Assembly (NCBI GenBank): GCA_017654855.1
Contig: CM030337.1
Coordinates: 310,001-374,000 of the forward strand
Length of the DNA: 64,000 bases
Origin: Podospora anserina
Lineage: Eukaryota
Direction of reading: 5' to 3'
This document shows, piece by piece, positions 11,028-23,787 of the stretch. The notes under the pieces are model-generated. The model searched no databases and was not told the origin of the DNA. It worked only from the letters and a program-made list of their open reading frames with translations. Position 1 is the first letter of the stretch. Each line of letters opens with the position of its first letter. Position numbers and translations under genes: made by a program.

Positions 11028-13697
11028 TTATGCCTCCTCGGCCAAGACCTTCTTCAGTGCTCCCATCTCCTTGTCAAACCCTTCGATCTTTCTCTGGCTA
11101 GCCTGCAGCTTGCCTAGCAAGTAATTCACTCTATCCGAGGCCTGCGCTGGTGCGTTGGGAAGGCCTGCAAGCACAGTCAATTCTTGCTCTGCCTTGTCAA
11201 TGTTCTTGGCCTCAATTTTGGACAGTTCAGTCAGCAGCGCCAAATCCATCCTCGATTTCACGACCTTATCTTCGAGAAGCTTTGCAAAGGCGGCTTGGTA
11301 GACGGGTTTGCCCGCGCGGATGGTGGCTGGCCGCCCGTGGTGGGATTTCACAGTGATCAACTCCGCATTGGCCAGCGCCTCTAGAGCAGCTTCGGGGTTG
11401 GTAGCGCTGGAGGTCGTAGAAGAGGCAAACGTGTTGGCGAGCAGGACCTCGTTGTAGCGGAGAGAGTCGTTCTTGGCGATCTCCTTGATGAGGTACCACG
11501 CTTGCTCAACAGACCATTTCCTCTCCTTGTCGACGCCTTCGCCAGCAGTTTTGTTGCCAGTCAACAGGAACATGCGGAGAATCTCGGAAGCACTCTGCTC
11601 AATGATGTCAGAGACAGCCTTCTTGGGGCTCTGACCGACTTTGAGTCTGCGAGCAAGGACTTGGAGGTCTGTGAGGCGGCCGCCGAGGGCTTCAATGCAC
11701 TCATCCAATTCCTGAAGATCCTGACGTCCTTGGCTATCGGTTTTCAGCGGTGAGCCGTCTCCCCCCCTTTCGTCCTCCTTCGCCTTCTCATCAGAGCGCG
11801 CATTTGCCTCGAGCTGAGAAACGACAAACTGTTTGGCTACCTGGGGCGAAAGATCCCCCAGGGTAACTTGGTGAAAGACACGATCAGGAAGAGCCCGGGA
11901 CAGGGGTTTCGAGTAGGAGGTGTCAGTGGTGAGGAAGATGACGTGAGCCACATTGGACTGGACCAAGGCTGCCGCCCAGTCAGAGACCTTGTCATATATG
12001 ATGCCCTTCTCCTCGCTCTTGTGGAGGAAGTTGTCAATGACCACAACCGCACGCCGCTCCGGATGGGCCTCAAGATAGGCGTCGTCCGAAAGGTTGGCAT
12101 CCTGGTCGTCCTTTTTCCTTCCAGCGAGTGAGACTTCTTTGAGGGCCGATGCGGTTGTTTGAAGAATTTTGACTACTTGGGCTTCGAGGTTCTCAGAGAA
12201 CCCAGCCTTGACTCCAGTGGTGCTTTGGATAGCAAGGTCGACCAGGCTGCTGAGATTGTTCGCCCACGAGAATACCGGGCGGTATCCAACCTGAAAAGCG
12301 AGCTTTCTGATGGTGCCAGCCTCGCCCCTGGCCTCCATCACCGGCTTGCAATCCAACACCAAGACGTCCTTACGTCCTTCGAGCACTTGATCCATAACTA
12401 ACTCTTTGCCTCCTGATCCCCGGGGACCCTGAATAACAACAAATGTGTCGACCGATTCAAGGAGGCTGCTCTTGATTGAATCAATCAGGTCTTTTCGGTG
12501 GTTGAACAAAGCATTCAGGCCAGCATCGCTACCGTGCTTCTTACCAAGGGAGAGGATGTCCGATGTCTGCCGTTTAAGCCACTTGTAGAGCTTACTATTG
12601 GTAAACTCAAGAGATCGCTGAACATGGTGCTGTGATGATGTTAGTAACGAGGTCAATTTTGCGGAGGGGTTTGTTGGCAATACATACCTTGACAAAGAAC
12701 TCGCGAATAGGATCAAACACGATGACCGTAAAGGTGGCGAGAAAGGCGGCAAGGATGGGGATAACGATGCGTGGATGACTGCTGATCCATTTCCAGATGT
12801 TATGTGGTTTGACTCGCTGTTCGTATGACAGCCTCAGCTTTGTGGCAGCTTTGCTTCCCTCTTCCTGCAGAACAAAGCCGTGCAGACAGTTTCGCGCCAT
12901 GATGGCATCCTTGACAAGCACAAAGTCTACGTAGGCGAATTTGGGTAGAACTTTCGAATCGGGCGGTTGCGAGGTGATGTCGGCAATCCATCCGTACCGA
13001 CGAAAGACACTGTATAGTGCCTCCTGGGAAAGCTCATCAGGCTGTTCGGAGTCTTTTGCCGGTACGAACTCAACACGCAAACGGCTTTTGGGAAGTCTAT
13101 AAAGATCCTCCAGCCACGGTCGGCCTAGAACAAGACCTGTTGAGATACCTCGAAAGGGACTAAACCATGGCTTGATGGGATTCTGTTCCAGCGCTTGTGA
13201 GAGTTTTGCCTGAATTTCCGAGGCGGATGTATCACCGGGATGGGTGAACTTGACATAGGCGCCCCCTTCTTTTGTTCTGGGGATGACTTCAGTGATGTTT
13301 ACAGAAAGGGAGTCTGGAATTGCCCGCTTCACCAGACTGACAGGATCGAACACGCCCAAGGAAGTCTTGTCAAATTTCTTGAGCAACTCCGGGACATCGT
13401 TTTGAGCCTTCCATGGCCTCCAGAGTAGCAATGAGCTTAGTTTCAGTGGAAATAGGTCTGCGAACTGTCAGTATCTAATGCCGGGTGAGAGGCGAGGGAA
13501 ACCGGAGGATTGTACTAACTGTCGACAAATAATATTGACTCATCTGCTTTGGCTTCGATATGGCCGGTCTTGCCTGTGCCAACCGTGCTCTGCCATCTTC
13601 GGGCAAGTTTTGTATGTTGTCCTAGAGCGGGGAGAAGGCGTTGCGTGGCGGTGTGGGTTGCTGCAAAAGCAGGCAACCTTCGGCCGCGCATGGCCAT
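11028..13697 (-). CDS. YME2: Mitochondrial escape protein 2 (RRM + TM + RNA12 domain)
   Basis: Basic presequence, NLFPLKL, RTKEGGAYVKF, GRPWLEDL, an RRM, a TM (HPRIVIPILAAFLA), QGPRGSGGK and LGGRLTDL. Introns 13458-13519 and 12630-12687. Confidence 0.95.
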
Positions 13698-14320
13698 GGA
13701 CGAGGCTAGGTATAGAGAAGGCCCTCTCTGTATAGTTCAATACAGCTCAGGTCGCAGGTTTCCACGATCATTTGCCTGCTCCATACCGTCAGCAACCCGT
13801 TGGCAGGTGATTTGGCCGAGAGAATACATACTCGTCGTACTGGCACCAATAAGGCAAAAGGCCGCAGCCGTTGTGATGCAAGAGTAGTGCTTTCGGGATG
13901 CGACGAATTTAAGCCCAAGGTGACCGGCTGGCCGACAGCTTGGTTCCACATGCGATGGTTTGGAACGCCGCCCCTGTCAGTGAGGTCATTGATGGGGTCG
14001 CTGATCGTCCCCTCAAGCCTCGGCGCCAAGCAATGCCCCGCAGCAAGATGCGCTGGGCTTCTGATTGGCAGCTTTCCAAAAAGGCTTGTCCGCTTGCCAT
14101 CCCGTCTTTGGCGTTTGAGAGACGCTGAAGTGACTGGAAGGTTGCGAATCACGAGACTGATATCAGGTACCATCTTCCCGTCCCCTCCTCATGTTCCGCG
14201 TACCCCTCACTTGACGTCCTCTTCAAATGAGCCCTCACTAACCTCTGATTCAGGTTGCACGAGTCTTCATCTCCTGCACTACACTGCATCCATCTTCAGG
14301 ACCTTCAACAAGAGACCATC

Positions 14321-15034
14321 ATGGGTTGGTTCTGGACCTCGCCGTCCCCCTCACCAAAGGCTTCCGAAGCCTCTCACCACTCTGCAACTCAGCAACCACA
14401 ACCTCCAGCCAGCGAAAGGAAGCCATCAACAGATGAGGAGGTCTCCAAGTTTCTCCGCGAAATCCAAGCGGCAGCCAACCCTTCTTCCTCTCACGCCGCT
14501 TCCCCTCCGTCTTCAACAGATTCAGACGCCGCCAAATCATCGTGGGTACCCAGTTGGCTTTCAGCGCCAGCGCCTGAGACACCTCCCCCACCGCCCAAAG
14601 ACAAGCGCTCTGAAGCCTCTATCGCCATGTCCGAGGCTCTTCTTCCAACAACCATGTCGTGTCAGGATGCTTTTGACTATGCCTGGCATTGCCACACCCC
14701 CGGCTCCCAGGTCAACTCTGTATACCGGTACGGTGGTGTAAGACAGTGCACCGAGCTCTGGGACGACTTTTGGTTTTGCATGCGCACCAAGTCTTGGGAT
14801 CCAAAGCTTCGCGCTGAAGCCATCAAAGATCATTTCCGGAAGAAGGAGGCAGCCAAGTATGGTCGAGGCCAACCAAGCTCCGAGGACATCTGGGAAAGCA
14901 GAGATAAGATGGTAGAGCCGGGAACAACGTTCAACAAATCCTTCGACCCCCCCATCAAAGACGATGCTGCCTTTGAAAGAGAGGATCAGGAGACTCGGAG
15001 GAAGATTCGCGAGTTTTACGAGAAGAAAACTTGA
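14321..15034 (+). CDS. Emi1-like (DUF3128) twin-cysteine protein
   Basis: MGWFW start; LPTTMSCQDAFDYAWHC...YRYGGVRQCTELWDDFWFCM...PSSEDIWESR match the Emi1/DUF3128 pattern. Confidence 0.85.
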   Translation: MGWFWTSPSPSPKASEASHHSATQQPQPPASERKPSTDEEVSKFLREIQAAANPSSSHAASPPSSTDSDAAKSSWVPSWLSAPAPETPPPPPKDKRSEASIAMSEALLPTTMSCQDAFDYAWHCHTPGSQVNSVYRYGGVRQCTELWDDFWFCMRTKSWDPKLRAEAIKDHFRKKEAAKYGRGQPSSEDIWESRDKMVEPGTTFNKSFDPPIKDDAAFEREDQETRRKIREFYEKKT

Positions 15035-15044
15035 ATGGTGGTTC

Positions 15045-15165
15045 CGTGTCTTATACCCCACCACACACAAGCTGCAATGTAGTAATTATTCTCATGAACA
15101 TGTTCACACAGAACCAAAGTACACGTTTAAAAACTCCATCCACACCCTTGCAATTTTGAATAAAG
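15045..15165 (+). repeat. Copy 1 of an inverted duplication (EMI1-like 3' flank)
   Basis: Core 15078-15126 matches the reverse complement of 18096-18144 at 47/49 nt, with weaker similarity on both sides. Confidence 0.85.
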
Positions 15166-15848
15166 CATGGAGACTGGGCTGGGCTCTTTCCCTGAAGTGA
15201 CACAGGTGACATCGGAGCCATGCGGTCCAGAAGGAGCACTCCCGGTTTACAGGCCGCAGGCGACGGTAAATCCGACGAATGGCAGCAGGAGCCTCAGGAA
15301 TCACAAGACGCCCGTCGCTGAAGCCACACACACAGACACAGCCCAGACGCAACTTCATCGCATCTCCATCACCCAAGGGATTCATTGTCCCTTCTGTCGC
15401 CGGCCCGTGTCAGTATCCATCCCGCCATCTGCTCCTGCGGCTCCCAATTGCAGGCGCGACAGTGAACAGTCCCCCCAGAAGCCAGTGAATTGAAGCGCCC
15501 GTGCGGCAAAGCTCTGCCTGCTCCTCTTGCTTCCAGTCCCCCGTCGCCCGCCGCATATCAATCTGGCATCTCTCACATCTCGCGAGAGCCATCATTTCTT
15601 ATTGACTCGGCTCGTCAATCAAAATCCAGGACTCGACCTCCGTGTCAAGTCCAGCTAGGTGAGGCTCTAGCTTACTAAATTATATCCGGACCCAGGCCGA
15701 GATTAAGCTTCGGACACACAAGCCCCCCCATCGCCCGCGGGGAATCCAAAAGATCACCACTTCCGCTCGTCCAATGGAAGAGGGAAGTTACATCGATAAA
15801 GAGCAACATTAAAGCAAACAGCAATACCCAGAAAAGAGGATAGGCGCC

Positions 15849-17768
15849 ATGGAGCCAAGACCGAGCCTCGTCGCCTTCCTCCAACGGTATCAGGATCTCG
15901 CCACTTACCAAGACTCGCACATCAATTTGATCAAGGTATGTATATGTATACACACCCTCCCCATCAAATAATGGGCACAGCAAAAGTAGATTAACCCATA
16001 TTATATTGTGGGGAGGGTGATTCAACACCAGAGCAATCATTAGGCTCTTAAAAGTGGCTGCTGATACCCTCCTCACAGGATCTCTTGGTCTATGCCGAGT
16101 CGATAGAGTCAACCCTCCGAGCTGAAAATACGGAACTGGCCCAGAGAGTGCATGAACGAAACTTGGACTACGAAGATGCTACTCGATCCAGGCGTGAGCT
16201 ACAGCAACGCATTCACGCCCTCGAAACGCAACTTGGAACGTCCATCTTGACCAACGAACAAATAAAAAATTCCAACTCCTATGTGGTCGTATTGATAGAC
16301 GGGGACGGGCTCATTTTCAAACCGGAGCTGATCCAACAGGGTCTTGCTGGGGGCAAAAAGGCTGCTTACGCCTTGAGATCAGCAATTTTGGGCCAATGTG
16401 GCCCTCACGGCAATGAAATTGGAGTTCTCGCACAGGTCTACCTCAATCTCGCCGGCCTTAGCAAGGCGATGCGCCGAGATGGCTGTCTGGAGAATGAGAG
16501 CAACCTCAAAGATTTCACGCTCGGCTTCACACAGGCCAAGGCCACTTTTGACTTTGTCGATGTCGGCCACGGCAAAGAAAGAGCCGATAATAAGATCAAG
16601 GAAATGACAAAATGGCATCTCAGGAACCACAACTGCAAGCAAGTTATACTGGGCATATCACACGATGCAGGGTATGCCCCGTTTCTCGACGAGCTGTTCC
16701 AAGAGGATAGTGTTCAGCACCAGATCACCATCTTGGAAGGCGTACCTGGTATGTTGGCCAGTGAGCGAGCAGCAGCGAGTAAACTGTGCTCTTATACTGA
16801 CCAAGTTACAATAGTGGTGCGTGAGCTGAGGGCCATCGGCGCAAATATACTGAATTTGAACAGCATCCTGTTTCGGTCTGAAAAGCTTGTTGATAGGGTG
16901 TCAGAGTCGGCTAGCTCTGAGTCATTCGGCTCACCTTTCACGCCTGTTCCTGCCACCCCGGTTGTTGAACACAACAAGCCTGCCACACCAACTACCGAGA
17001 TGAAACCGGTCGTGCCGGCTGTCCCCGCCATCTCTGCTGTCCCCGCCTTCCCCGTTACTGTACCGACGCCTCCTGTCGTCAGGGCCACAGCCATGACCAG
17101 TAACAGTGTCGCAAGTATCGATAGTATAGGCAGCTCCGAGCCACAGACACCATCCTCGGCATCGGCGGCTTCAACGTCAACTCCGGCAGCCACAACTTAT
17201 GCTAAAGCCATCAAGAGTGCCACCCCTCCACCGCCTCCACCGGTGATCACATTGCCTGCGCATACCAAGGCGGCTTTGCAGCAGCAGCCGTCTTCCCGGG
17301 CCTCTCACAAAACCCCAAACAAGCCAAAGCCAGTTCCTTGGAACCCAGGTATGATATATCCTTCTGGCTTATACACGTATACTGACGACTATGCCGATAG
17401 GACCTCGCGGTCTTGATCCCCCTCTTCAGGTCTCGCAGTCTGCGCTGGACAACCTCAAGAAGAGGAAAGACAGCAACAAGCTGTGCAACAATCATTACCT
17501 CCGCGGCCCCTGTTCCAAGGGCGATTCATGCAACTTCGAACACAATTACAAGCCCACCAAAGAGGAGTTGGTGGCCATTGCGTTCCTGACAAGGCTGAAC
17601 CCGTGCTCCGGGGGCCAAGAGTGCGATGTGGACGATTGCATCTATGGCCATCACTGCCCAAGCGTTATCAACGGCGCCTGCACACATCCTTATTGCAAGT
17701 TCGACAAGGAGGATCACCCCCCTGGAACGAAGATTAAGGCTCATCACAAGGGGAGCCACGATCGCTAG
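15849..17768 (+). CDS. Coiled-coil + NYN/PIN-like domain + tandem CCCH zinc-finger protein
   Basis: VVVLIDGDG, VDVGHGKERADNKI and ILGISHDAGYAPFL, a P/S/T-rich linker, then LCNNHYLRGPCSKGDSCNFEH and two further Cys/His fingers. Introns 15936-16078, 16749-16814, 17349-17400. Confidence 0.88.
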
Positions 17769-18051
17769 GTTAGCACATGGGTCCCAAAAACCAGGGTGCA
17801 AATCGAACACCAACACTACTCACTTAACGGCAAGATAACCGCCTTTCTCTTGCCCGGAAAAATCAACAAAAAACTTTCCAGTACTCCAAGGCCGTGAGGA
17901 GTCTATGTTCCAAATAGAATTCAACAGAAATCAAGATTGGTGGTAATATGGCTGTTTGAAGTGGTGTGACCACAGCTGTTTTTTGTCACTTGCTTTCTGG
18001 GACCTACGTGATTAGGTTCACGTGCACTCGTGGGCGCTTGATTGAGTTCTT

Positions 18052-18198
18052 TATAAAGCAAATTGCAAGGATGTGTGTGGATGGGGAGCCTCTAGACGTG
18101 TACTTTGGTTCTGTGTGAACATTTCCATGAGAATAATTACTACACTCTTTGAAACCGAAAATACCTGTTTGCATTGCAGCTGGTGTGTAGTGGACACG
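18052..18198 (-). repeat. Copy 2 of the inverted duplication
   Basis: Reverse complement of 15045-15165 with an internal insertion of roughly 27 nt. Confidence 0.85.
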
Positions 18199-18503
18199 TC
18201 GTGGACAAAATAACTGGGACTGCAAAACACTTGAACCAGGCCTCGAAATATAGTTGAGAGGCTTCAAAAGATGGATAATAGAAGAGTTCTTAAAGGATAG
18301 TCAAGAGGCCTTGAGCACCACCAGATGGACCCCACCCATCACTCGTCCCACGAGAAGCTCAGACCACACCTTAATTACAGCCTCCAAGCGAAAACCCCAC
18401 TATGAACGACAAGCTCCAAGTTGTTCCACATCCTCCCCATCACCCTCGCAAAATCACCACCTTCCTCACCACCATCATCACTACCACCAACAAAACCGCT
18501 AAG

Positions 18504-19430
18504 ATGTCCCACCCCCGCGTAGAAGAGGTATCCGACTCGGAAGATGACGTTCAAATGTCGGACCCCTCCGAAGACGACATCGACGACTTTGTCGAATCAG
18601 ACATCATCCGCACCCGTCAAGCAGCCCCTTCCAGACCAACCCCCCCTCCTCAGCAACAACCCCCACCCCAATTCCGCCAGCCACAACAGCCTCCCGCCTA
18701 CCCCCAGATGCAAACAACAACCGACGCAACCCCGTACGCATCCTACCTCTGCCTGTACCCAATCTACTTCTCCAGCCTGCACACCCGCGCCCAAGGCCGC
18801 CGCGTCTCCGCCGCCGCCGCCGTCCCCAACCCGCTAGCCACCGAGATCCTGGCCGCCTGCGCGAACCTCAACATCCCCACCGTCTTCGAAGCAGGCAAAC
18901 TCCACCCCAAGGACTGGGCCAACCCGGGCAGGGTCAAGGTCTCCCTCGCGAACCAGACCCGCGTCAAGAACAAGCATCACTTGTTCCTGCTCGTGGCTCA
19001 GCACCTAAAGAGTCATCCCATCACCGATGCCTCCCCTGCGCTGAGGGTCCACGTCCGCGGCGCGCCGCCTCCTCCCGAACTCAAGCCTGGGGAGCAATGG
19101 CCCAGACCTGCTGTGCCCAGAGGCTGGAAGATGTCGGAACTGTTGCCTCACTACAGCCCCGCCATGACTGGTGGCGGAGTCAGCGAGAACTTTTTGAAGG
19201 ATATGATGAGCCAGATGGGTGGTGCTGGTGGTGCGGGAGGACTGCCGGGTATGTTGGGCGGTGGAGGAGGAGGACCCGGTGGGATGGATATGGCTAGCCT
19301 GATGCAGGCTGCTCAGTCGATGGGTATGGGCGGCATGGGCGGAATGGGTGGTCTGGGTGGTCTTGGAGGTGGTTCTTCACCCGGGCCGAGTTCGAGCGCT
19401 GGTGGGAAGGCAAAGAAGGGAAAGAAATGA
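18504..19430 (+). CDS. SEC65: Signal recognition particle subunit Sec65/SRP19
   Basis: MSHPRVEEV start; CLYPIYF...GRRV, FEAGKLHPKDWANPGRVKV and KNKHHLF; G/M-rich tail. An upstream in-frame ATG exists at 18402. Confidence 0.94.
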   Translation: MSHPRVEEVSDSEDDVQMSDPSEDDIDDFVESDIIRTRQAAPSRPTPPPQQQPPPQFRQPQQPPAYPQMQTTTDATPYASYLCLYPIYFSSLHTRAQGRRVSAAAAVPNPLATEILAACANLNIPTVFEAGKLHPKDWANPGRVKVSLANQTRVKNKHHLFLLVAQHLKSHPITDASPALRVHVRGAPPPPELKPGEQWPRPAVPRGWKMSELLPHYSPAMTGGGVSENFLKDMMSQMGGAGGAGGLPGMLGGGGGGPGGMDMASLMQAAQSMGMGGMGGMGGLGGLGGGSSPGPSSSAGGKAKKGKK

Positions 19431-19701
19431 TTAAATTCATCATGTGAGAACACCGAGAGTCGGGAAAGACGATACAAAGGAATGCCGGGATGAAATGTGT
19501 CTAGGTTTAGAATTATTATGATACCAACTTGGGGGTATGGACTTCCTGTACTACGATCAGAAGATCCAGCACCCCGCCCAATTACCTTTTACATGGACCG
19601 GTTCATCCTCCTGAAGCAAAAGTGAACAAACAACAATAACGCTTCACATTTACAGGGTATATATCTCGAAAAGCATACATGCACTCCACCGTTGATTACT
19701 T

Positions 19702-22700
19702 TTACACCCCAGCTGTCACCATCCTTCCCTGCAGCCCTTCCCACTCTCTCGAGCCAAAAACTTGCACCTCTCCCCCATAATGATGTTTCTTCCCCCCAGG
19801 AAGTCTAATCTGCAGTTTCGCAGCCGCGCTGACGACCCCCTTCTTCTCCTTGACCTCTTCTCGATTGTGCTCCACCGCGTTCAGCAACCTCGCATTCTTG
19901 ATCACGGCCCCCTCCCAACCCTTCCAGACAGCCCAATCTTCCTCTTGTTTAGCAGCCCAAAACTGCGGTGTGCTCTTCGCCGGCTTCCACCCGCCCTGCG
20001 CAACAACCTTCTTGTCCAGCATGCTCAAATCATAGACCTTCGCCTCGGTCACCATCTTGACCAGTTCACCGAGAACGGCCTTGCTCTCTGCCTTGACCAT
20101 GTTCCTCCTCTGCTTCTCCGCCGGAACTGCCTTCTTGAGAAGTGGCTCGGCCAGCCAGTCGTAGCTAGCCTGCTCTTTGACTCTTGCCCTCCTGTTGTCC
20201 TCCCGGAGGTACCTCACTGCCGACTGCAAGCCCAGAATCTCATTTTTGAGCGCGTCCATCTCCCTTGCCGTCGCCACCGCTCTTTCTTGGTTAGCCTTGG
20301 CCCCCTCTTCGCCGCCAGCCGTAGAAATAACGCGACTGTTGGATGCGATCTGCTTCCACTTGTCACGCTCCGACTCCAAAGCCTTGAGCTCGCGATCTTG
20401 CTTCTTGATGTTGTCCGCTAGAGCCGCGGCTTCGGATTTGGCAATCTCGAGGTGGGAATCGAGCTCGGTGACGCGCTTGGCTTTGGCGTTCGCATCACGC
20501 ATGCGGGATTCAAGCGTTTCAATCTTGACCTGGGCTGTCGATAAGTTTTCTTCCCGGATGGCGATGGCACGGCGCGCATCGTTGATGTCGTCCTTGAGAC
20601 GTCGAAGTTCTTCCTCGGCATCCACTGGGATCTTCTTGAGGGCCTTGATCTCCTGTGCGCGCAGGAGCCATGGAGGCTGGCTGCGCTCGAATTCTTGAGT
20701 TTGGGCCAGGTCGGTGGAGAGAGCGGCCAGATCCGAGATTTGAGAGGTGGTCTGGCGGAGCTTGTTGAGGTAGGTAGAGAACAAATCGGCTTCGTTAGTG
20801 CCGAATGAGTTGATGGAAGTCTGCGAGATGCAGTTTTGGATCTCCACGTAGGTGTACGGTTCTGTCCTGCCCTCCTCGAGCACGAGCTGATGAAGGTCCA
20901 AACCAATTCTGCGGGCCATCTCGGAAAGCTCTTGGGTGGCCGCCTCGCACTGCTCAAAAGCTTCCATGGTATCCGGCGTAAGGGATAGATGCCTGGTCTT
21001 GAGCTCCTCGAGAGAGCGAACTGTCTTGCCTGCAATGACCTTGGCGCCGCGCGTCTGTGTAATGACGCCCTCGGCCTTCTTTGCGAAATATTGCTCCAGC
21101 TCGTTCTCCTCGTCGCTTGGTGGAACGACTCGCTGAACCATGGCACGCATGGTCGTGAAGGTGGCCGCAGCAGATTCCAGATGGCTTTGCATGAGAAGCG
21201 CCTTCATGTGAATATCATCGGCGAAGCTCTCCAGGTCGTTGGAGATGTGCACCTCGCCCAGATGCATCATGAGAGCAATTGTCCGCTGGAGCTCGGCAGA
21301 GCACTGCTTCTCCTTCAAGTCGTCACGCCTCAAGCCGTCGATCCAACCATTAAGAGCTCTCTCGACAGGCTCCAGTTCGTACAACGCACCTTCGTACTTG
21401 GCGAACTGCTCCAGAGAGCAGTGGCTGATGGAATTGACAAAACGATCGCACATGGCAGACACCCATGTGAGCTTGTCGATGGCACCGCAACCCTCAAATA
21501 CGTCGTCTTCGTGTCCGGGGTGCGCCTGGCCATTCACACGCTCCTTGATGAAGCCATTCAGCAAGTTGGCCTTGAACGCCAGTCTCTTGAAGCGCAACAG
21601 GGCCAGAACAGAATCCCTATCCAACTGATAGCTGTCGGGCAAAAACAGCTTGACAATCTCGAGGTGCTGCTCCGCCTCTTGGGCCTCCATCCTCCTCAGC
21701 TCAAGGTCAATTGTCTTCACCTGAGCCTTGGCCGCCGAAATTTGCAGCTTCATGTTCAAGTCCATCATAGCCCTAGAGCGATTGTTAAGCTGCTCGGACT
21801 CGTTCTCCGTCACCGCATGGGAGGCCCTCATATCCTCCAAATCATTTTGCAAGCTCGTGACCAGTTCCCTGAACCGCGAAAGTGTATACTCCATATCCTC
21901 CATCGACTCCCGCTGTACGTTGGCCTGCCTCATTTGCTCAGAAATAATGGCATCCTTCAAGTCCAGCTCCTCCTGCATCTCCTTTTCGTTCTGTACATGA
22001 TTGATCTCCAGCTCGTCGTTGATCTCCTTCAAACTCTCCAGGTCATCAATGACGGCCCGCAACTCCTTGATCTCCTCTGCTTGATTCATATTTTCCTCAG
22101 TAATCTTCTCGATCAGGTCCTCTGCTCCTAGCGCATTGTTCAGCTGCTCCCTCAGATCCTCCACCGCCACCTCGGCCTGGGCCAACTTTTCCTTCGTCGC
22201 GGCGAATTGCTCCTTCATCGTCTCAAACTCCCTCAGATCCTCCTCCAGCCCCTTGATTTGATCCTTGAGTTCCTCCTCTTGCTCCTGCGAAAGGTCCCTC
22301 AGCCTGATCAGTGCCTCCTTGAGCCGTTCATTGTTTCTCTCCATTTGCAACCACCCGGTGCTCGCCCGTTCCTCGGTCGACATCCCCTTTGTGAATTCGG
22401 CGTTTTCCTCCCGGAGAATCTCCACCTCGAGCTCCAGCTCTTCGCTTTTCTGCTTCAGTGCTTCCAGTTCCACCTTGAGCACCTCGGCCGTCTCCTCCGC
22501 CATCTCCCGATCCAGCGTTGCCAGCTCAAGCGCGCTTTCATGGCTCTCTTGCATCTCCTCGACTGCATAAAACCTTGTTTCTGCCTCCTTGAGCTGTTTC
22601 CTCAAATCCGCAATCTCTTGCTGCTGAGGCTGGTATTTGATCTGTAACGTCTGAATAATTCTCTCAAACTTATCCCTCTCCCCCTTGATTTTCTCCAAGT

Positions 22701-23787
22701 TGTTCAACTTTTCTCTGTCTTCGATCCGTTTCTTCTCCAGCACGCGCAGTTTGGCCTTGAGATCTTCAATCTCCTTCTGTGCAGCGGCTGTGCTGGGCGC
22801 ATTTCGTGACGATACAGAAGCAGTGGCAATGGGTGATTTTGCTGCCCCTCCACCTGCCGGTGGTAGGGACGTCGTGGCGAGCTTCTCCAGCGCTGCCGTT
22901 CGGACTTGGACGGGGCTGGTGGGTTGAGGGGATAATATCTCGTCATCGCTGCTTTTGCGGGATTCGGCGCGGGAAGTCTTGTTGACGCTCGAAACGGACG
23001 AGGCGGAGCTCTGCCTCGCGCCAGGAACACGAGTTGATGCCGGTCTCGATCCGACTCCGGTGGCAAGTCCACCTCTGGTGCTGAGTGTGCGCGGAGGAGC
23101 ACTACTCTGTCTTGGGGTTGAAGAAGCTGTCGAGACCTGGCGGGTTTGTCTGGGCACGGGCGGCGGTGCCATAGAGGGCCTGCTGGTGGCAGAAGCAGGT
23201 CGAGGTCTGACGGCCAAGGCGCCGGGTTTGACATTGGCATTGGAGGGTGTGACAGTTCGCGATGGTGCCGCGCTGGTTGGGGAGCGATTAAGCTGCTTCG
23301 TGGGTGATTTCGTGGGACTCTACACGGACCGAATTAGCTTTCCAGGCCCCTGACGCATAGTACACAGAGCAGAACCCACCCTCACACTGCCCCTTCTAGG
23401 TACTGGACTCGGGCTGGGTGCATTCAAGCCCATTCGTTTTCCCAGACTCGGATCACTGGTAGAGGACGAGGCCCCCTTGTTGGAGCTGTTGGAGAACAGG
23501 CTGCTTGGGCGAGATCCTTTTTTGGCGCCGGCTGGCTTGGGTGGCTGTGATGGAACAGGAGCAGGAGCCGTGACGGTGACTGTGACGGGCCTTACGAACA
23601 TGCCATATCCCATGGCACATTCGAAATAGCGCTCTCCCTGAACCATGCCATCATTCTTTCCGGATCCATCGTCGAGCTCGACACCAACCCATTCGCCCAC
23701 GGCGAAGTGTGTTTGGCCAACATATCGAATAGTTCCAGTGCGGCCGTCGCTCAGCTGTATTTTCTGCCCAACCGCTAAATCGGACAT
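19702..23787 (-). CDS. Dynactin p150Glued subunit (ro-3/nudM/NIP100 orthologue)
   Basis: CAP-Gly domain (GEWVGVELDDGSGKNDGMVQGERYF), a basic S/P-rich region and long coiled coils (ELATLDREMAEE, ERLKEALIRLRD). Intron 23320-23379. Confidence 0.96.

Noticed and set aside
13800-14741. 313-aa + strand ORF spanning the YME2/EMI1 promoter
   Set aside because: Its 3' half is an off-frame shadow of the EMI1-like CDS. It has a non-ATG start and no motifs.
17766-17900. TAG-G stop of the CCCH gene followed by about 45 open codons; also short post-TAG frames in SEY1, MIF2, TAF4 and PPS1
   Set aside because: Length is within chance range and composition is UTR-like, unlike the ATG18 and Uds1 cases.
19200-19430. 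Gly/Met-rich tail of Sec65 (and Gln-rich tract of Taf4)
   Set aside because: Coding low-complexity sequence that is common in these fungal proteins, not a mobile or array repeat.
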